From: Myxococcota bacterium
GTDB lineage: Bacteria; Myxococcota; JACRCW01
DNA length: 29,548 bases
Reading direction: 5' to 3'
Assembly: GCA_040752415.1 (NCBI GenBank)
Contig: JBFMGU010000131.1
Coordinates: forward strand, 1 to 29,548
Below the pieces are notes generated by a model. The model was not told where the DNA came from, did not search any database, and saw only the letters and a program-made list of their open reading frames with translations. Positions within the stretch are counted from its first letter, which is position 1; each line of letters opens with the position of its first letter. The translations under genes and the position numbers were made by a program. This document shows, in pieces, positions 8,383-17,826 of this stretch.

Positions 8383-10029
8383 TCACTCCGTGTAGCCGCC
8401 CAGCTCGAGCTGGTTGGCGATGAAGTGCATGGGCACGTTGCCCGTGGTCAGCACCAGCTGGTGGAAGCGACGGAGCGTGAAATCCGAGCGCCACAGCACC
8501 CGCGCGCGCTGGCGGAGCTCGAACATGAGGTGCTTGCCGAGGAGGTAGCAGAGCGCGTAGCCGGGCGTGCGCGTGTAGCGTCGGACTTCCGCCAGCGCGG
8601 CCGCACGCGGCATCCCGATGTCCTCGACGAGCCGGGCCACCGCCTGCTCCACCGTCATGTTGCCGGTGGCCAGGCCCACGTCAATGACGACGCGGTGGGC
8701 GCGCCAGAGCGCGTCGTGGGCGATCTGCATGTGGGCGGCGTCGCTGTCGCGGAAGCCGGCCTCCCGCAGCATCTCCTCCGCGTAGTGCGCCCAGCCCTCC
8801 ACCGTCTCCACCGCCCAACCCGCGCTCTGGTCGGCGAAGAAGCCGAGCGGGACGCCGTCGCGCAGCAGACCGGTGTGCAGGTTGGCAATGGAGAGCTGGA
8901 GGTGGTGACCGGGGTAGCCCTCGTGCACCGCGGTGTTCTCGAGGTCGGCCTGGTAGAAGTCCTCCAGGCTGGCGCCGGCCACCGGCGGGGTCACCATGTA
9001 GATGCTGGTCTGCTCCGGGGCGAACTTGGGAGCACACTGCAACGCCGCGAAGGGAACCAGCGGCCTGAAGGGCGCCGGCGTCTCGTCGACGAGGAGGAGC
9101 TCCCGCCCCGGCAGCGGACACAGGTCATTGGCCTGCACGAAGCTGCGCGCCGCGCTCACCGCCTCACGCACGCGGTCCAACGCCTCCGGGAAGGTCCTGG
9201 GACAATCCGAGCGCAGCTTCTTGAGCGCCCCCTTCACGGGGTCCTCGCGCATGATCCGTCGACCAAACCGCCGGCGCTCCGCCTGGTACTCCAGCACGTA
9301 CTTCTCGCCGAACTCCAGCAGCTCTTCCGGCGTGCGGCCCAGCATGCGTCGTCGACACAGCTCCGCGAAACGCTCCGGCCCCAGCACCCAGCGCGGCTTG
9401 GCCGACGGAGAGAGGCCCTGCAGCCACAGCGTGTGATCCGCCACCGCCTGACCGGCACGCGCCGCGGCGGCATCCACCTCGTCACGCAGGGTGGCGGGGA
9501 TGTCCTCCTCCCGCGCGGAGGCCTTCACCGCGGAAAACAGGCCCGGCGTGGCAGCGGCCACCTCCTTGGCAACCTCCAGCCACAACGCGTCGGGGTCGGT
9601 GACGGCGGCGCGGCCGCGCGTGAGGTACTCCCCCAGGCCATTGAGGCGCGCGGCCAGGTTGGAAAAGCGCTGCTCCGCCGGGACGAACGTGCTGCGCAGC
9701 TGCTGGAACAGCGTCCAGCCGGCGCGGGTCAGCAGGTCCGGGTCATGACGACGGGAGTTGAGCTCCTGGTCGGTGAACTCCACCAGCTCCAGGTGGGCCT
9801 GGAAGACCCTGCGGTCCAGGCGTTGATCCGGGTTGAGGTCCACCTCCGGGAGCCGGGACAAGGCCTTGGACCACTCCCGCAGCGTGGCGTGCGACTGCTG
9901 CACCGCGGCGTCCGAGGGGTCGGGCCACTGGTCGTCACGCTCCACCAGGCCCAGCGCGGTACCCACCTCTGGCGCCAGGTCCAACAGGGCGTTGAGTTGG
10001 TCCTCGTTGACCTGGTCAAAGGTGGTCAT
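8383..10029 (-). CDS. DUF885-family protein (putative zinc metallopeptidase-like)
   Basis: Motifs HEGYPGHH, EGWAHYAE, LWRAHRVVIDVGL, EVRRY..PGYALCY and FTLRRFH. Start MTTFDQ. No signal peptide. Confidence 0.9.
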   Translation of the reverse strand: MTTFDQVNEDQLNALLDLAPEVGTALGLVERDDQWPDPSDAAVQQSHATLREWSKALSRLPEVDLNPDQRLDRRVFQAHLELVEFTDQELNSRRHDPDLLTRAGWTLFQQLRSTFVPAEQRFSNLAARLNGLGEYLTRGRAAVTDPDALWLEVAKEVAAATPGLFSAVKASAREEDIPATLRDEVDAAAARAGQAVADHTLWLQGLSPSAKPRWVLGPERFAELCRRRMLGRTPEELLEFGEKYVLEYQAERRRFGRRIMREDPVKGALKKLRSDCPRTFPEALDRVREAVSAARSFVQANDLCPLPGRELLLVDETPAPFRPLVPFAALQCAPKFAPEQTSIYMVTPPVAGASLEDFYQADLENTAVHEGYPGHHLQLSIANLHTGLLRDGVPLGFFADQSAGWAVETVEGWAHYAEEMLREAGFRDSDAAHMQIAHDALWRAHRVVIDVGLATGNMTVEQAVARLVEDIGMPRAAALAEVRRYTRTPGYALCYLLGKHLMFELRQRARVLWRSDFTLRRFHQLVLTTGNVPMHFIANQLELGGYTE

Positions 10030-10208
10030 GACCGACGGCCCGCTCCCGCGTCTCCCCCAACCGGACCGCTGCGTCGTCCCGCGCGCCGCAGCCCAGCCCC
10101 CGCTGCCGGCACCGGAACGGTTGCTGGCGTCGAGAAGGGGCGCGTGCTCTACCATGGCGTCCGCAGGTGGGACAATGGAGGTGGGGCGTGGGGGGTGAGC
10201 ACGGGATC

Positions 10209-10919
10209 ATGAACAAACCGCCCCGCCCGGGCCACAGAGTCGAGACCCCCAAGCCTGTGGAAGCACCCATGGTCTCGCAGTCCCTTGCCGCTCCGCTCGC
10301 CCAGCCGCTGGAAGCCGCCTACCCCGTGGAGCCCCTGGTGGCGCGCTGCCAGGCGGGCGACCAGGCGGCGTACCGGGAGCTGTTCACCAAGTACCAGGGC
10401 TGGGTGCAGGGCTGCGTGTACCACCTGGTCCGGCACCAGGCGGACATGGACGACGTGGTGCAGAACGTCTTCCTGGAGGTCTACCGGTCCATCCACCGGT
10501 TCGAGGGTCGCAGCAAGTTCTCCACGTGGCTCACGCGCCTGGCCATCAACGTGGCCCTGGGTTACCGGCGCAAGCTGCGCTTCTGGCAGAAGACGGAGGA
10601 CGCGGTGGAGGAGGAGGCCCGGAGTGGCGCCGTGGAAGCGCTGCGCCCCCCCGCCCCCGACGAGGCCCTGCGCGACAAGCGCACCCGCTCCGCCGTGCAC
10701 CGCGTGCTGCAGGGCCTCAGCGAGAAGAAGCGGACCGTCTTCGTCCTCAGTGAAATCCAGGGGCTGCAGGCGCCGGAAATCAGCGAGATGCTGGGAATCC
10801 CCCCCGCCACGGTGCGCACGCGGCTCTTCCATGCGCGGCGGGAATTTGAGACGCTGGCGCGAAAGGACCCAGTCCTTTCAGGCCACCTGGCCTTGACCGC
10901 GAAGGAGTCCGGGGGATGA
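10209..10919 (+). CDS. ECF-subfamily RNA polymerase sigma factor
   Basis: Region 2: DDVVQNVFLEVYRSIHRFEGRSKFSTWL. Region 4: EISEMLGIPPATVRTRLFHARR. The start is uncertain (10209 or 10269). Confidence 0.93.
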   Translation: MNKPPRPGHRVETPKPVEAPMVSQSLAAPLAQPLEAAYPVEPLVARCQAGDQAAYRELFTKYQGWVQGCVYHLVRHQADMDDVVQNVFLEVYRSIHRFEGRSKFSTWLTRLAINVALGYRRKLRFWQKTEDAVEEEARSGAVEALRPPAPDEALRDKRTRSAVHRVLQGLSEKKRTVFVLSEIQGLQAPEISEMLGIPPATVRTRLFHARREFETLARKDPVLSGHLALTAKESGG

Positions 10920-12139
10920 GGCACCTGGAAGAGTCCCAGCTGTGGGAGCTGGCCAGCGGTGAGCTTCCCGCCGGCTCCGAGCCCGCCACGCACGTGGAAG
11001 GCTGCGTGAGCTGCGCGGCGCGGCTGCGGGAGGTCTCCGCGGTGCGCGCGGTGGCCCGTTCCGCCCGTGCGCCGGAGCCCTCCGCGGGTGCGCGTGCCCT
11101 GGCGCTGCAGCGGTTTGAAGAGGCGCTGGCGCATGAGAACCACCGGAGCCGTCGCTGGCTGGACCGTCGGCCGCTGCTGATTCCCGCGCTGGGCATGTCC
11201 GCGCTGGCGGGCGCGGCGCTGGCGTTGATGCTGGAACCCACCTCGTCGCAGAGGCCGGTGTGGGCGCCTCCGGCGGATGTGGCCGTGGCCCCCGTGGTTC
11301 CGGTGGCGCCGCCCGCCCCGCCCGCGGTGGTGACGTCGGTGGTGGCGGAGCAGCCCGTGGTGGAGGCGCTGCAGCCAGCGCAGCCCACCGTGGTGGCCAA
11401 GGCGGCCACGCCGCGTCCCGAGCCCAGGAACCGGACGCGCAATGCTCCTTCCGTCGCTGCGGCCCGCCCCATGGAGCCGCTGCCGTCGGTGCCCGCGGAG
11501 CCCGCGCAGGCCAGCGTGGTGGTTGAGATGGTGGCGGCCTTCCCGCGCGTGGAAGCGGCCCGTGCGCTCCTGGCGCGTGGTGAGCCGGTGCGCGCGGCGG
11601 AGGAGGCGGTGGCCATGTTGTCCTCGGCGGACCCGCGGGAGGTGGCCGCGGCGCTGGACGTGGTGCGCACCGCGGGCCTGCAGCATCCCTCGGCGGAGCT
11701 GCTCAGCGTGGTGGATGGCGCCGTGGAGCGCGTGGCGGAGCACCGGGAAGGGTTGATGTTCCTCTCGTGCGAGATGTCCGTGCTGGCGCGTCGGGGCGCG
11801 GATGCGGCGTCGCGGTGCCGCGAGTTTGCCAAGGCGTATCCCAACAGCCGCCGCGCGCGGGATGCCAGCTACATCGCCGGGACCCTGGCGCGGGATGAGC
11901 TCCATGACTGCGCCTCCGCCGTGGAGGACTACAGCCGCGCGCTGGTGTTCACCGGTGAGCTGGGCTCCCTCAATGACGACGCGCTTTTCTGGCGTGCCAG
12001 CTGCCAGGCGGAGCTGGGTCGGATGGAGGAGGCGCGGCAGGACCTGGCGCAGTTCCTCTCGCGCTATCCCTCGCGCGCGGTGGACCCCAAGGTTCGCGCG
12101 TTGAAGCAGAAGGTCGGCCGTCCCTCCACGGAGCGCTGA
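10916..12139 (+). CDS. Putative zinc anti-sigma factor (ZAS), TM helix, Pro/Ala linker, C-terminal TPR-like domain
   Basis: H3-x22-H26xxxC30xxC33 (HVEGCVSC). TM LLIPALGMSALAGAALALML. C-terminal TPR-like ALFWRASCQAELGRMEEARQDLAQFLSRYP. ATGA overlap with the sigma gene. Confidence 0.8.
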   Translation: MRHLEESQLWELASGELPAGSEPATHVEGCVSCAARLREVSAVRAVARSARAPEPSAGARALALQRFEEALAHENHRSRRWLDRRPLLIPALGMSALAGAALALMLEPTSSQRPVWAPPADVAVAPVVPVAPPAPPAVVTSVVAEQPVVEALQPAQPTVVAKAATPRPEPRNRTRNAPSVAAARPMEPLPSVPAEPAQASVVVEMVAAFPRVEAARALLARGEPVRAAEEAVAMLSSADPREVAAALDVVRTAGLQHPSAELLSVVDGAVERVAEHREGLMFLSCEMSVLARRGADAASRCREFAKAYPNSRRARDASYIAGTLARDELHDCASAVEDYSRALVFTGELGSLNDDALFWRASCQAELGRMEEARQDLAQFLSRYPSRAVDPKVRALKQKVGRPSTER

Positions 12140-12142
12140 CGT

Positions 12143-12913
12143 TCACGGCGGCGGGACGCCCAACACCCTCCCGAACAACACCTCCACCACCGTCCGGAAC
12201 AGCTCCGCCTCCGCGCGCAACCCGCCGCAGTGGAACGCTTCCCGCGCGAACGTGAGCGCCACGCAGCGCGCCAGGATGGCGTCCCAGAAGGCATCCGCGC
12301 CCTCGGGCATCAGGAACTCCTCGACGACATGGGCGGGCCACGGAATCACCGTGGTGGGGTCGGCGTCGCTCTGCGTGGTGAAGCAGTCCAGGTCCACGTC
12401 GAGGATCACCGGGCCGCCGCGGGAGAGCCATTGCTGCAGCCGCTCGCACTCCGTCGTGGGGGCGCCCAGGAAGCCGTCGGAGAGGCGCTGCACGGTGGGC
12501 ACCATGAGGACATGGTGGCTCCGACCCGCGCGGTCCAGCCATTCCGTTCCCGGCATCACGTTGGAGAGCCGCGTGCGCGCAATGGCCACCACGTCACCAA
12601 TCAGGCCGGCCTCCATGGCGGCGATGACGTGGTCGTCATTGCGGGTGCTGAGGTGCCAGCGCGCGTGCTCATCCAGGGCCCGCAACCCGTCTTCCCGACG
12701 AGGAATGGCCGCCACGTCCTGCGGCGGGACCTGGTCCAGGTGACGGTCCAACGTGACCAGCAGCGCGGGCTCCCGACCCTCCAGCGCCAGCGCCCAGCAC
12801 GGAAGCGCCAGGCGGTGCGGGTCAAAGAAGAACGCGGTGTTGGGACCCCGGCGCGGCGTCATCCCCACCGTGGTGACGCCCGCCAGCCTCAGGTGCTGCG
12901 AGTCGCCGTTCAT
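12143..12913 (-). CDS. UPF0489-family protein (arginase/deacetylase-like fold)
   Basis: Motifs FFDPHRLALPCW, LVTLDRHLD and ILDVDLDCF match my recollection of the UPF0489 pattern. ATGA overlap with the upstream amidase. Confidence 0.7.
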   Translation of the reverse strand: MNGDSQHLRLAGVTTVGMTPRRGPNTAFFFDPHRLALPCWALALEGREPALLVTLDRHLDQVPPQDVAAIPRREDGLRALDEHARWHLSTRNDDHVIAAMEAGLIGDVVAIARTRLSNVMPGTEWLDRAGRSHHVLMVPTVQRLSDGFLGAPTTECERLQQWLSRGGPVILDVDLDCFTTQSDADPTTVIPWPAHVVEEFLMPEGADAFWDAILARCVALTFAREAFHCGGLRAEAELFRTVVEVLFGRVLGVPPP

Positions 12914-13743
12914 GCCTTCTCGACGACGTCCGGCCGACGGTGCGTGAGACAGGGCAGCCCCTTCCCGAGCTCCTGCGCGTAGTCCAGGTCAATCTCCGCA
13001 ACGCACACGTCCTCGCGATCCGAACAGCGCGCGATCACCGAACCCCAGGGATCGATGATCATCGACTTGCCCCAAGTGACGCGCTTGTCGTTGTGCTTCC
13101 CGAACTGCGCCGCGGCGATGACGTACGAGAGGTTCTCGATGGCGCGGGCGCGGAGCAGCACCTCCCAGTGATCCTTGCCGGTGTGCAGCGTGAAGGCCGC
13201 GGGCACCAGGAGCACGCGGGCGCCGCGCTCCACCATCTTGCGGTACAGCTCGGGGAAGCGCAGGTCGTAGCAGATGGAGAGGCCCAGCGTGGCGTTGACG
13301 GGCGCGGGGAGCGCGCAGGTCACCACCGAAGTGCCGGGCATGGTGTGACGGCTCTCCTTGTGGACCGAGCCGTCCGCAAGCTCGACGTCAAACAGGTGCA
13401 CCTTGCGGTAGTTGGCCACCACGTTTCCGTCGGGCCCGATGACGACGTGCGAGTTGTGGGGACGCTCGGGGTCGTTGGAGCGCTCCTGGAAGCCCCCCAG
13501 GGTCAGCGTGACCTTGTGACGACGGGCCGCCTCGCGCAGGCGCGTGATGATGGGACCGTCCAGCGGCTCGGCCATGGCCAGCTTCTCGCGCTCGCTGGGG
13601 CCCATGAAGGCGAAGTTCTCGGGGAGGCTGATGAGCACCGCCCCGCGCGTGGCTGCCTTCTCGATGAGGCGCTCCGCGGTGGAGAGGTTGTGCGCCACGT
13701 CGCCAATGCTCGTCATCTGAACCGCTGCCGCCAGGAAGCCCAT
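12910..13743 (-). CDS. Carbon-nitrogen hydrolase, Nit1/deaminated-glutathione amidase type
   Basis: Glu-Lys-Cys triad in LPEN, YRKVHLFD and ICYDLRFPELY. Also PAAFT.HTG..HWEVLLRARAIEN. SD AAGGA. Confidence 0.93.
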   Translation of the reverse strand: MGFLAAAVQMTSIGDVAHNLSTAERLIEKAATRGAVLISLPENFAFMGPSEREKLAMAEPLDGPIITRLREAARRHKVTLTLGGFQERSNDPERPHNSHVVIGPDGNVVANYRKVHLFDVELADGSVHKESRHTMPGTSVVTCALPAPVNATLGLSICYDLRFPELYRKMVERGARVLLVPAAFTLHTGKDHWEVLLRARAIENLSYVIAAAQFGKHNDKRVTWGKSMIIDPWGSVIARCSDREDVCVAEIDLDYAQELGKGLPCLTHRRPDVVEKA

Positions 13744-13825
13744 GTCACCGTCCTTGGTTGGGGTGCCCTTCTTAACCAGCCCTGCCGCGCCGGACCAGCG
13801 CCCTCCACTTTGCTAAGCCCAAAGC

Positions 13826-14701
13826 ATGGCCCGCGCCGACCACCGCCTGCCGGAGAACGTCCCCGGCGACTTCTTCGTGGACAGCTCGTGCATCGACTGC
13901 GACCGCTGCCGGCAGCTGGCACCCGGGACCTTTGGCGCGTCGTCACGCGGGCAGTCCTATGTGCACCACCAACCCTCCAACGAAGTGGAGACGCGCCGCG
14001 CGCTGCTGGCCCTGGTGACCTGCCCGGTGGCCTCCATCGGCAGCGCGCAGAAGCACGACGTCACCTCCGCGGCCAAGGCCCTGCCCGAGCGGATTGTCGA
14101 CGAGATCTACGACTGTGGCTTCGCCTCGGAGTCCTCGTACGGAGCCACGAGCTACCTGGTGCGTCGGGAGCGGGGAAACGTGCTGGTGGATTCGCCGCGC
14201 GCGGTGCGCGGGCTGATGGAGCGCATGACGGAACTGGGCGGCATCTCCCGCATGTTCCTGACCCACGCCGACGACGTGGCGGATCACGCGAAGCTTCACG
14301 CACGGTTCCACTGCGAGCGGATCCTGCACCGCGCGGACGTGCACCCGGGCACGCGTGACGTCGAGCGGCAACTGGAGGGCACGGATCCGGTGGCGCTGGA
14401 TGACGACCTGCTGGCCATCCCCGTGCCCGGCCACACCCGTGGCAGCACCGCCCTGCTCTACCGCAACACGTACCTCTTCACCGGGGATCACCTGTGGTGG
14501 GACGACGACGAGAACGAGCTGCACGCGTCGCGCAGTGTGTGCTGGTACTCGTGGGCGGAGCAGACGCGGTCCATGGAGCGCCTGCTGGATAACCGCTTTG
14601 AGTGGGTGCTTCCCGGTCATGGTCGTCGACACCACGCGCCCGCGAGCGAGATGAAGGCCGCACTGGAACGCCTGGTGGCGCGGATGCGGCAGCGCGCTTG
14701 A
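13826..14701 (+). CDS. MBL-fold metallo-hydrolase with an N-terminal 4Fe-4S ferredoxin domain
   Basis: CIDCDRC...TCP ferredoxin motif. MBL motifs LVDSP, THADDVADH, PGHTRGS, FTGDH and LPGHG. Confidence 0.9.
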   Translation: MARADHRLPENVPGDFFVDSSCIDCDRCRQLAPGTFGASSRGQSYVHHQPSNEVETRRALLALVTCPVASIGSAQKHDVTSAAKALPERIVDEIYDCGFASESSYGATSYLVRRERGNVLVDSPRAVRGLMERMTELGGISRMFLTHADDVADHAKLHARFHCERILHRADVHPGTRDVERQLEGTDPVALDDDLLAIPVPGHTRGSTALLYRNTYLFTGDHLWWDDDENELHASRSVCWYSWAEQTRSMERLLDNRFEWVLPGHGRRHHAPASEMKAALERLVARMRQRA

Positions 14702-14735
14702 TGTGCCCCCCGCCGTCGGGGGATGTGTGCACGTC

Positions 14736-17105
14736 ATGGTGATGTCGACGCGGACGAGGCAGGTGCTGGGCTGGGTGGCGGCGTCAATCACGCTCCTGCT
14801 CATGGCCGTGCGCTACGCGTGGCCGCTGCCCCAACAGCTCTCCACCCACGTCCCTGGCGACCAGCGCGACCCGCTCCTCAACGCCGCCCTGCTGGACCAC
14901 GTCTTCCGCAGCGTGGCGACGTTCCAGTGGGGCAAGGTCTGGGACACGCCCATCTTCCACCCGCACGAGGACACGCTGGCGTTCTCGGAGAGCTTCCTCG
15001 GCACCGTCTGGTACGGCGTGCCACTGTGGATCCTCACCCCGGATCCCATTGCGCTGCACAACGCGTACATGGTGGCCGGCCTGTTCTTCAGCGCGCTCGC
15101 CGCCACGGTGCTGGGGCGCGTCGTCACGGGGAGCCTCACCGCGGGGATGGTGGCGGGCGTGGTGTACGCGTTCGGGCCGTTCCACCTCGTGCACTCCATG
15201 CACGTGCAGATGCACCAGGCGTATGGCGCACCGTTGGGATTCCTGGGGCTCTGGTGGGTGGTGCGCGGCTCGTCACGACGTGGATGGGGCTGGATCCTCG
15301 CCGCCGCGGGCATGGCCCTGCAGGTCCTCTCGTGCAGCTACCTGGGCCTCTTCGCCATGGCGCTCGCGGTGCCGTGCGTTGTCGTCGTGTTCGTGGTGCG
15401 TGGCGTGACGGGCATTCGCGAGGACCTGCGGTTCATGAGCGGTGGCCTCGTCGTGGCGGGGGCGTTGTTGGTGATTCCGCTGGGGCACTACCACCGCGTC
15501 TCCCAGGAGCTGGGGTTCCAACGGAACATCCAGGAGATCCGCGGTTTCGCCGCCCGTGCGGACAGTCACCGGCAGTTGCCGCCGAATCTCATGCTTCCGC
15601 CGTCGGGAATGCGGCAGTCGCACAATCCGGAGGACGCGGCGTGGCCTGGTCGCGTGGCGCCTGCGCTCACGGTGTTGGGTGCGCTGGTGTTGCTCCTCGA
15701 GCTGATCCTGCGACGTCGTCGTGGGGAGAAGGTCGTGGTGGACCAGGCCGCGGTGGTCTGGGCGTCCCTGCTGCTCGCGGGTTTGTCCGTCTGGCTCTCC
15801 TTCGGGCCCGGGCCGGGTGGTCCGTCGGCGGCGTATCCGTACTCGCTGCTCTACCACTACGTGCCGGGGTTCACGGGTCTGCGGGTGCCCAGTCGCTTCT
15901 ACGGTCTGACGTTGTTGATGCTCGCCGTGGGAGCCGCGGTGACGACGGCACGGATGACCCGCCTTCACGCGCGCGCTGCTCCGGTTGGGCTTCTGATGGC
16001 GGCGGCGTGTGCGCTGGACGTGTGGCCGCGCAGCTACCCCACCTTCCCGCTTCCCGACGGAGGAGACATGGGTCCTATCCTCCGCGCACTCAAGGACAGC
16101 GACAGCCCCGGACCCATTCTCGAAGTGCCGTACCGTCTCTACTGGCGCAGCGCGCAGCACGATCTCAACACCGTGAAACATGGGCGCACGACGGCGAACG
16201 GCTATTCCGGCGTGGAACCACCGCTGGCATTGGCGCTGCGCTACCTGCTGCCTTCATTCCCGCTCTCTCGCACCGACGAGCTGGTGCGTCAGTTGGGCGT
16301 GACGGAGATGATCCTCCACCGGGGAGAGCCGCGCGCGGACCGCGGTGAATCCGTGCCGTTCCTTGAGCGCGCGTTGCGTGAACGCACTCTGCCCGCCGGT
16401 TTCACGGTGCGCATGGACCAGCGCGAGGGTGCGTGGCTGCAGGTGGAACCGCAATCACCGGGCCCCAGGCAGGATCTCTCGTCGCTGTGGACGGAGGGCG
16501 TGCGCGCGTGCGCCGGCCCGGCGGAAACACGGCGAATGGCGCGCGTGGATATGCCGATCTCGACGGTGGTAGTGACGCCAAGGGTCCGGCATCGCGTGGA
16601 AGTCGAGGGCGAATCCATGGCGTGGATGCGCGTTCCCGCCGTGGGCATGGTGGAGACGCTCGTCGGCGCGGTGCCGTTGGGTGCCAATGCGTCCAAGGTG
16701 CGCCTCAAGGGGAGTGAGCGCTGGGTGGAGGTGCAGGCTGCGTCTCCGTCGTCACCGGGCGCCGTGCGGATGGAGGCGAACCTGCCGCCGCAGATGACAA
16801 GCGCGCAGGGGTTGTGGCTGCGGGTGCAGGTTTTCGTCGACGGGGGCGTGCTCAACGCGGCACCGGAGACAGGTGGCGGCGGTCACGAAGTGAAGCTGGT
16901 GTTGCAGGGCATTCCGGGGAGTGAGGTGCGTCCCACGTCGCTGCCGCTGCGAACGGATGCCGCGCCCGGGTGTCCCGGAGTGGCGGAGGGGGTGGTGGAG
17001 TTCCTGCGTGGCGTCGGGGCGGGGCAGCTGCGGCTGGTGCTCGTGAAGTCCGGCGGTGGCGTGGTCTCCGAGCTGGTCCTGCCGTTGGAGCTCCTCGGAG
17101 GATGA
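14736..17105 (+). CDS. Multi-pass membrane protein, GT-C/YfhO-like glycosyltransferase with a C-terminal extracytoplasmic domain
   Basis: The first loop carries GDQRDPLLN and IFHPHEDTLAFSE. There are many TM helices, plus PGFTGLRVPSRF and NGYSG, typical of this group. Start 14736 or 14742. Confidence 0.75.
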   Translation: MVMSTRTRQVLGWVAASITLLLMAVRYAWPLPQQLSTHVPGDQRDPLLNAALLDHVFRSVATFQWGKVWDTPIFHPHEDTLAFSESFLGTVWYGVPLWILTPDPIALHNAYMVAGLFFSALAATVLGRVVTGSLTAGMVAGVVYAFGPFHLVHSMHVQMHQAYGAPLGFLGLWWVVRGSSRRGWGWILAAAGMALQVLSCSYLGLFAMALAVPCVVVVFVVRGVTGIREDLRFMSGGLVVAGALLVIPLGHYHRVSQELGFQRNIQEIRGFAARADSHRQLPPNLMLPPSGMRQSHNPEDAAWPGRVAPALTVLGALVLLLELILRRRRGEKVVVDQAAVVWASLLLAGLSVWLSFGPGPGGPSAAYPYSLLYHYVPGFTGLRVPSRFYGLTLLMLAVGAAVTTARMTRLHARAAPVGLLMAAACALDVWPRSYPTFPLPDGGDMGPILRALKDSDSPGPILEVPYRLYWRSAQHDLNTVKHGRTTANGYSGVEPPLALALRYLLPSFPLSRTDELVRQLGVTEMILHRGEPRADRGESVPFLERALRERTLPAGFTVRMDQREGAWLQVEPQSPGPRQDLSSLWTEGVRACAGPAETRRMARVDMPISTVVVTPRVRHRVEVEGESMAWMRVPAVGMVETLVGAVPLGANASKVRLKGSERWVEVQAASPSSPGAVRMEANLPPQMTSAQGLWLRVQVFVDGGVLNAAPETGGGGHEVKLVLQGIPGSEVRPTSLPLRTDAAPGCPGVAEGVVEFLRGVGAGQLRLVLVKSGGGVVSELVLPLELLGG

Positions 17106-17115
17106 AACGCGGTCC

Positions 17116-17144
17116 TTGACGACGACGGAATGCACTCCCATTCT
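17116..17144 (+). promoter_or_regulatory. Putative sigma70 promoter TTGACG-17-CATTCT
   Basis: Near-consensus -35 and a 17-bp spacer, followed by SD GGAGA and ATG at 17173. Confidence 0.55.
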
Positions 17145-17172
17145 CCGCGAAACCAACCTTCCTGGAGATCCC

Positions 17173-17820
17173 ATGACCCGGATGAATGCCCTCACCAAGC
17201 TGAACCGCATGTACGAGCTGTTCACCACTGGCGACGACAAGAAGCTCAATCCCGGCGAGACGGAAGCGCTGGCCGGATTCTTCCGCGGTCTCACCGAGGC
17301 GGGAAAGGCCAAGGTGAAGGAACGCGTCATCGAGATCTACCAGGAGGCATCGTATGCCCCGGGCCAGCGCGACAAGTTCATGCGCGACCTCTCCCAGGCG
17401 GGCATCAGCGTGCAGGAGCTCGAGGGCAACACGGGTGAGACCGGCGCCGACCTGGCGCGGATGACCAAGGCCGCGCAGCTGGACCGGCTACAGACCCTGG
17501 ACTCCGGAGATTCCGGTGGCGGCGAGGGATTCAGCAAGGACGTGCGCAAGAGCGACGTGGCGCGCGACGCGCAGGCGGCCATCGCCAGCAAGCTGGAGCA
17601 GTTCAAGAAGGGCGTGCAGCGGGAGCACCACGACGAGGCGGAGTTTGGTGACCTCTCCTGGCGCGCCATCTATCGCGAGGAAGGCGCCAATGGCCGCGGC
17701 AAGGAGCTGATGGGCTACGCCGTGGAGGTTCCCATCTACGCCGACGAGCATGATGTCGACGAGACGCTGTACTTCAACGTCAAGGGTCAGTTCGCCGGGA
17801 ACGTCTACTCCGGCGAGTGA
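17173..17820 (+). CDS. Hypothetical soluble protein, 215 aa
   Basis: Has an SD and its own candidate promoter, with strong GC3 codon bias. No family recognised. Confidence 0.8.
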   Translation: MTRMNALTKLNRMYELFTTGDDKKLNPGETEALAGFFRGLTEAGKAKVKERVIEIYQEASYAPGQRDKFMRDLSQAGISVQELEGNTGETGADLARMTKAAQLDRLQTLDSGDSGGGEGFSKDVRKSDVARDAQAAIASKLEQFKKGVQREHHDEAEFGDLSWRAIYREEGANGRGKELMGYAVEVPIYADEHDVDETLYFNVKGQFAGNVYSGE

Positions 17821-17826
17821 TTCCGC

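Noticed and set aside
10114..10130. ECF autoregulatory promoter GGAAC...CGTC
   Set aside because: The spacer is only about 9 nt, against the usual 16-17.
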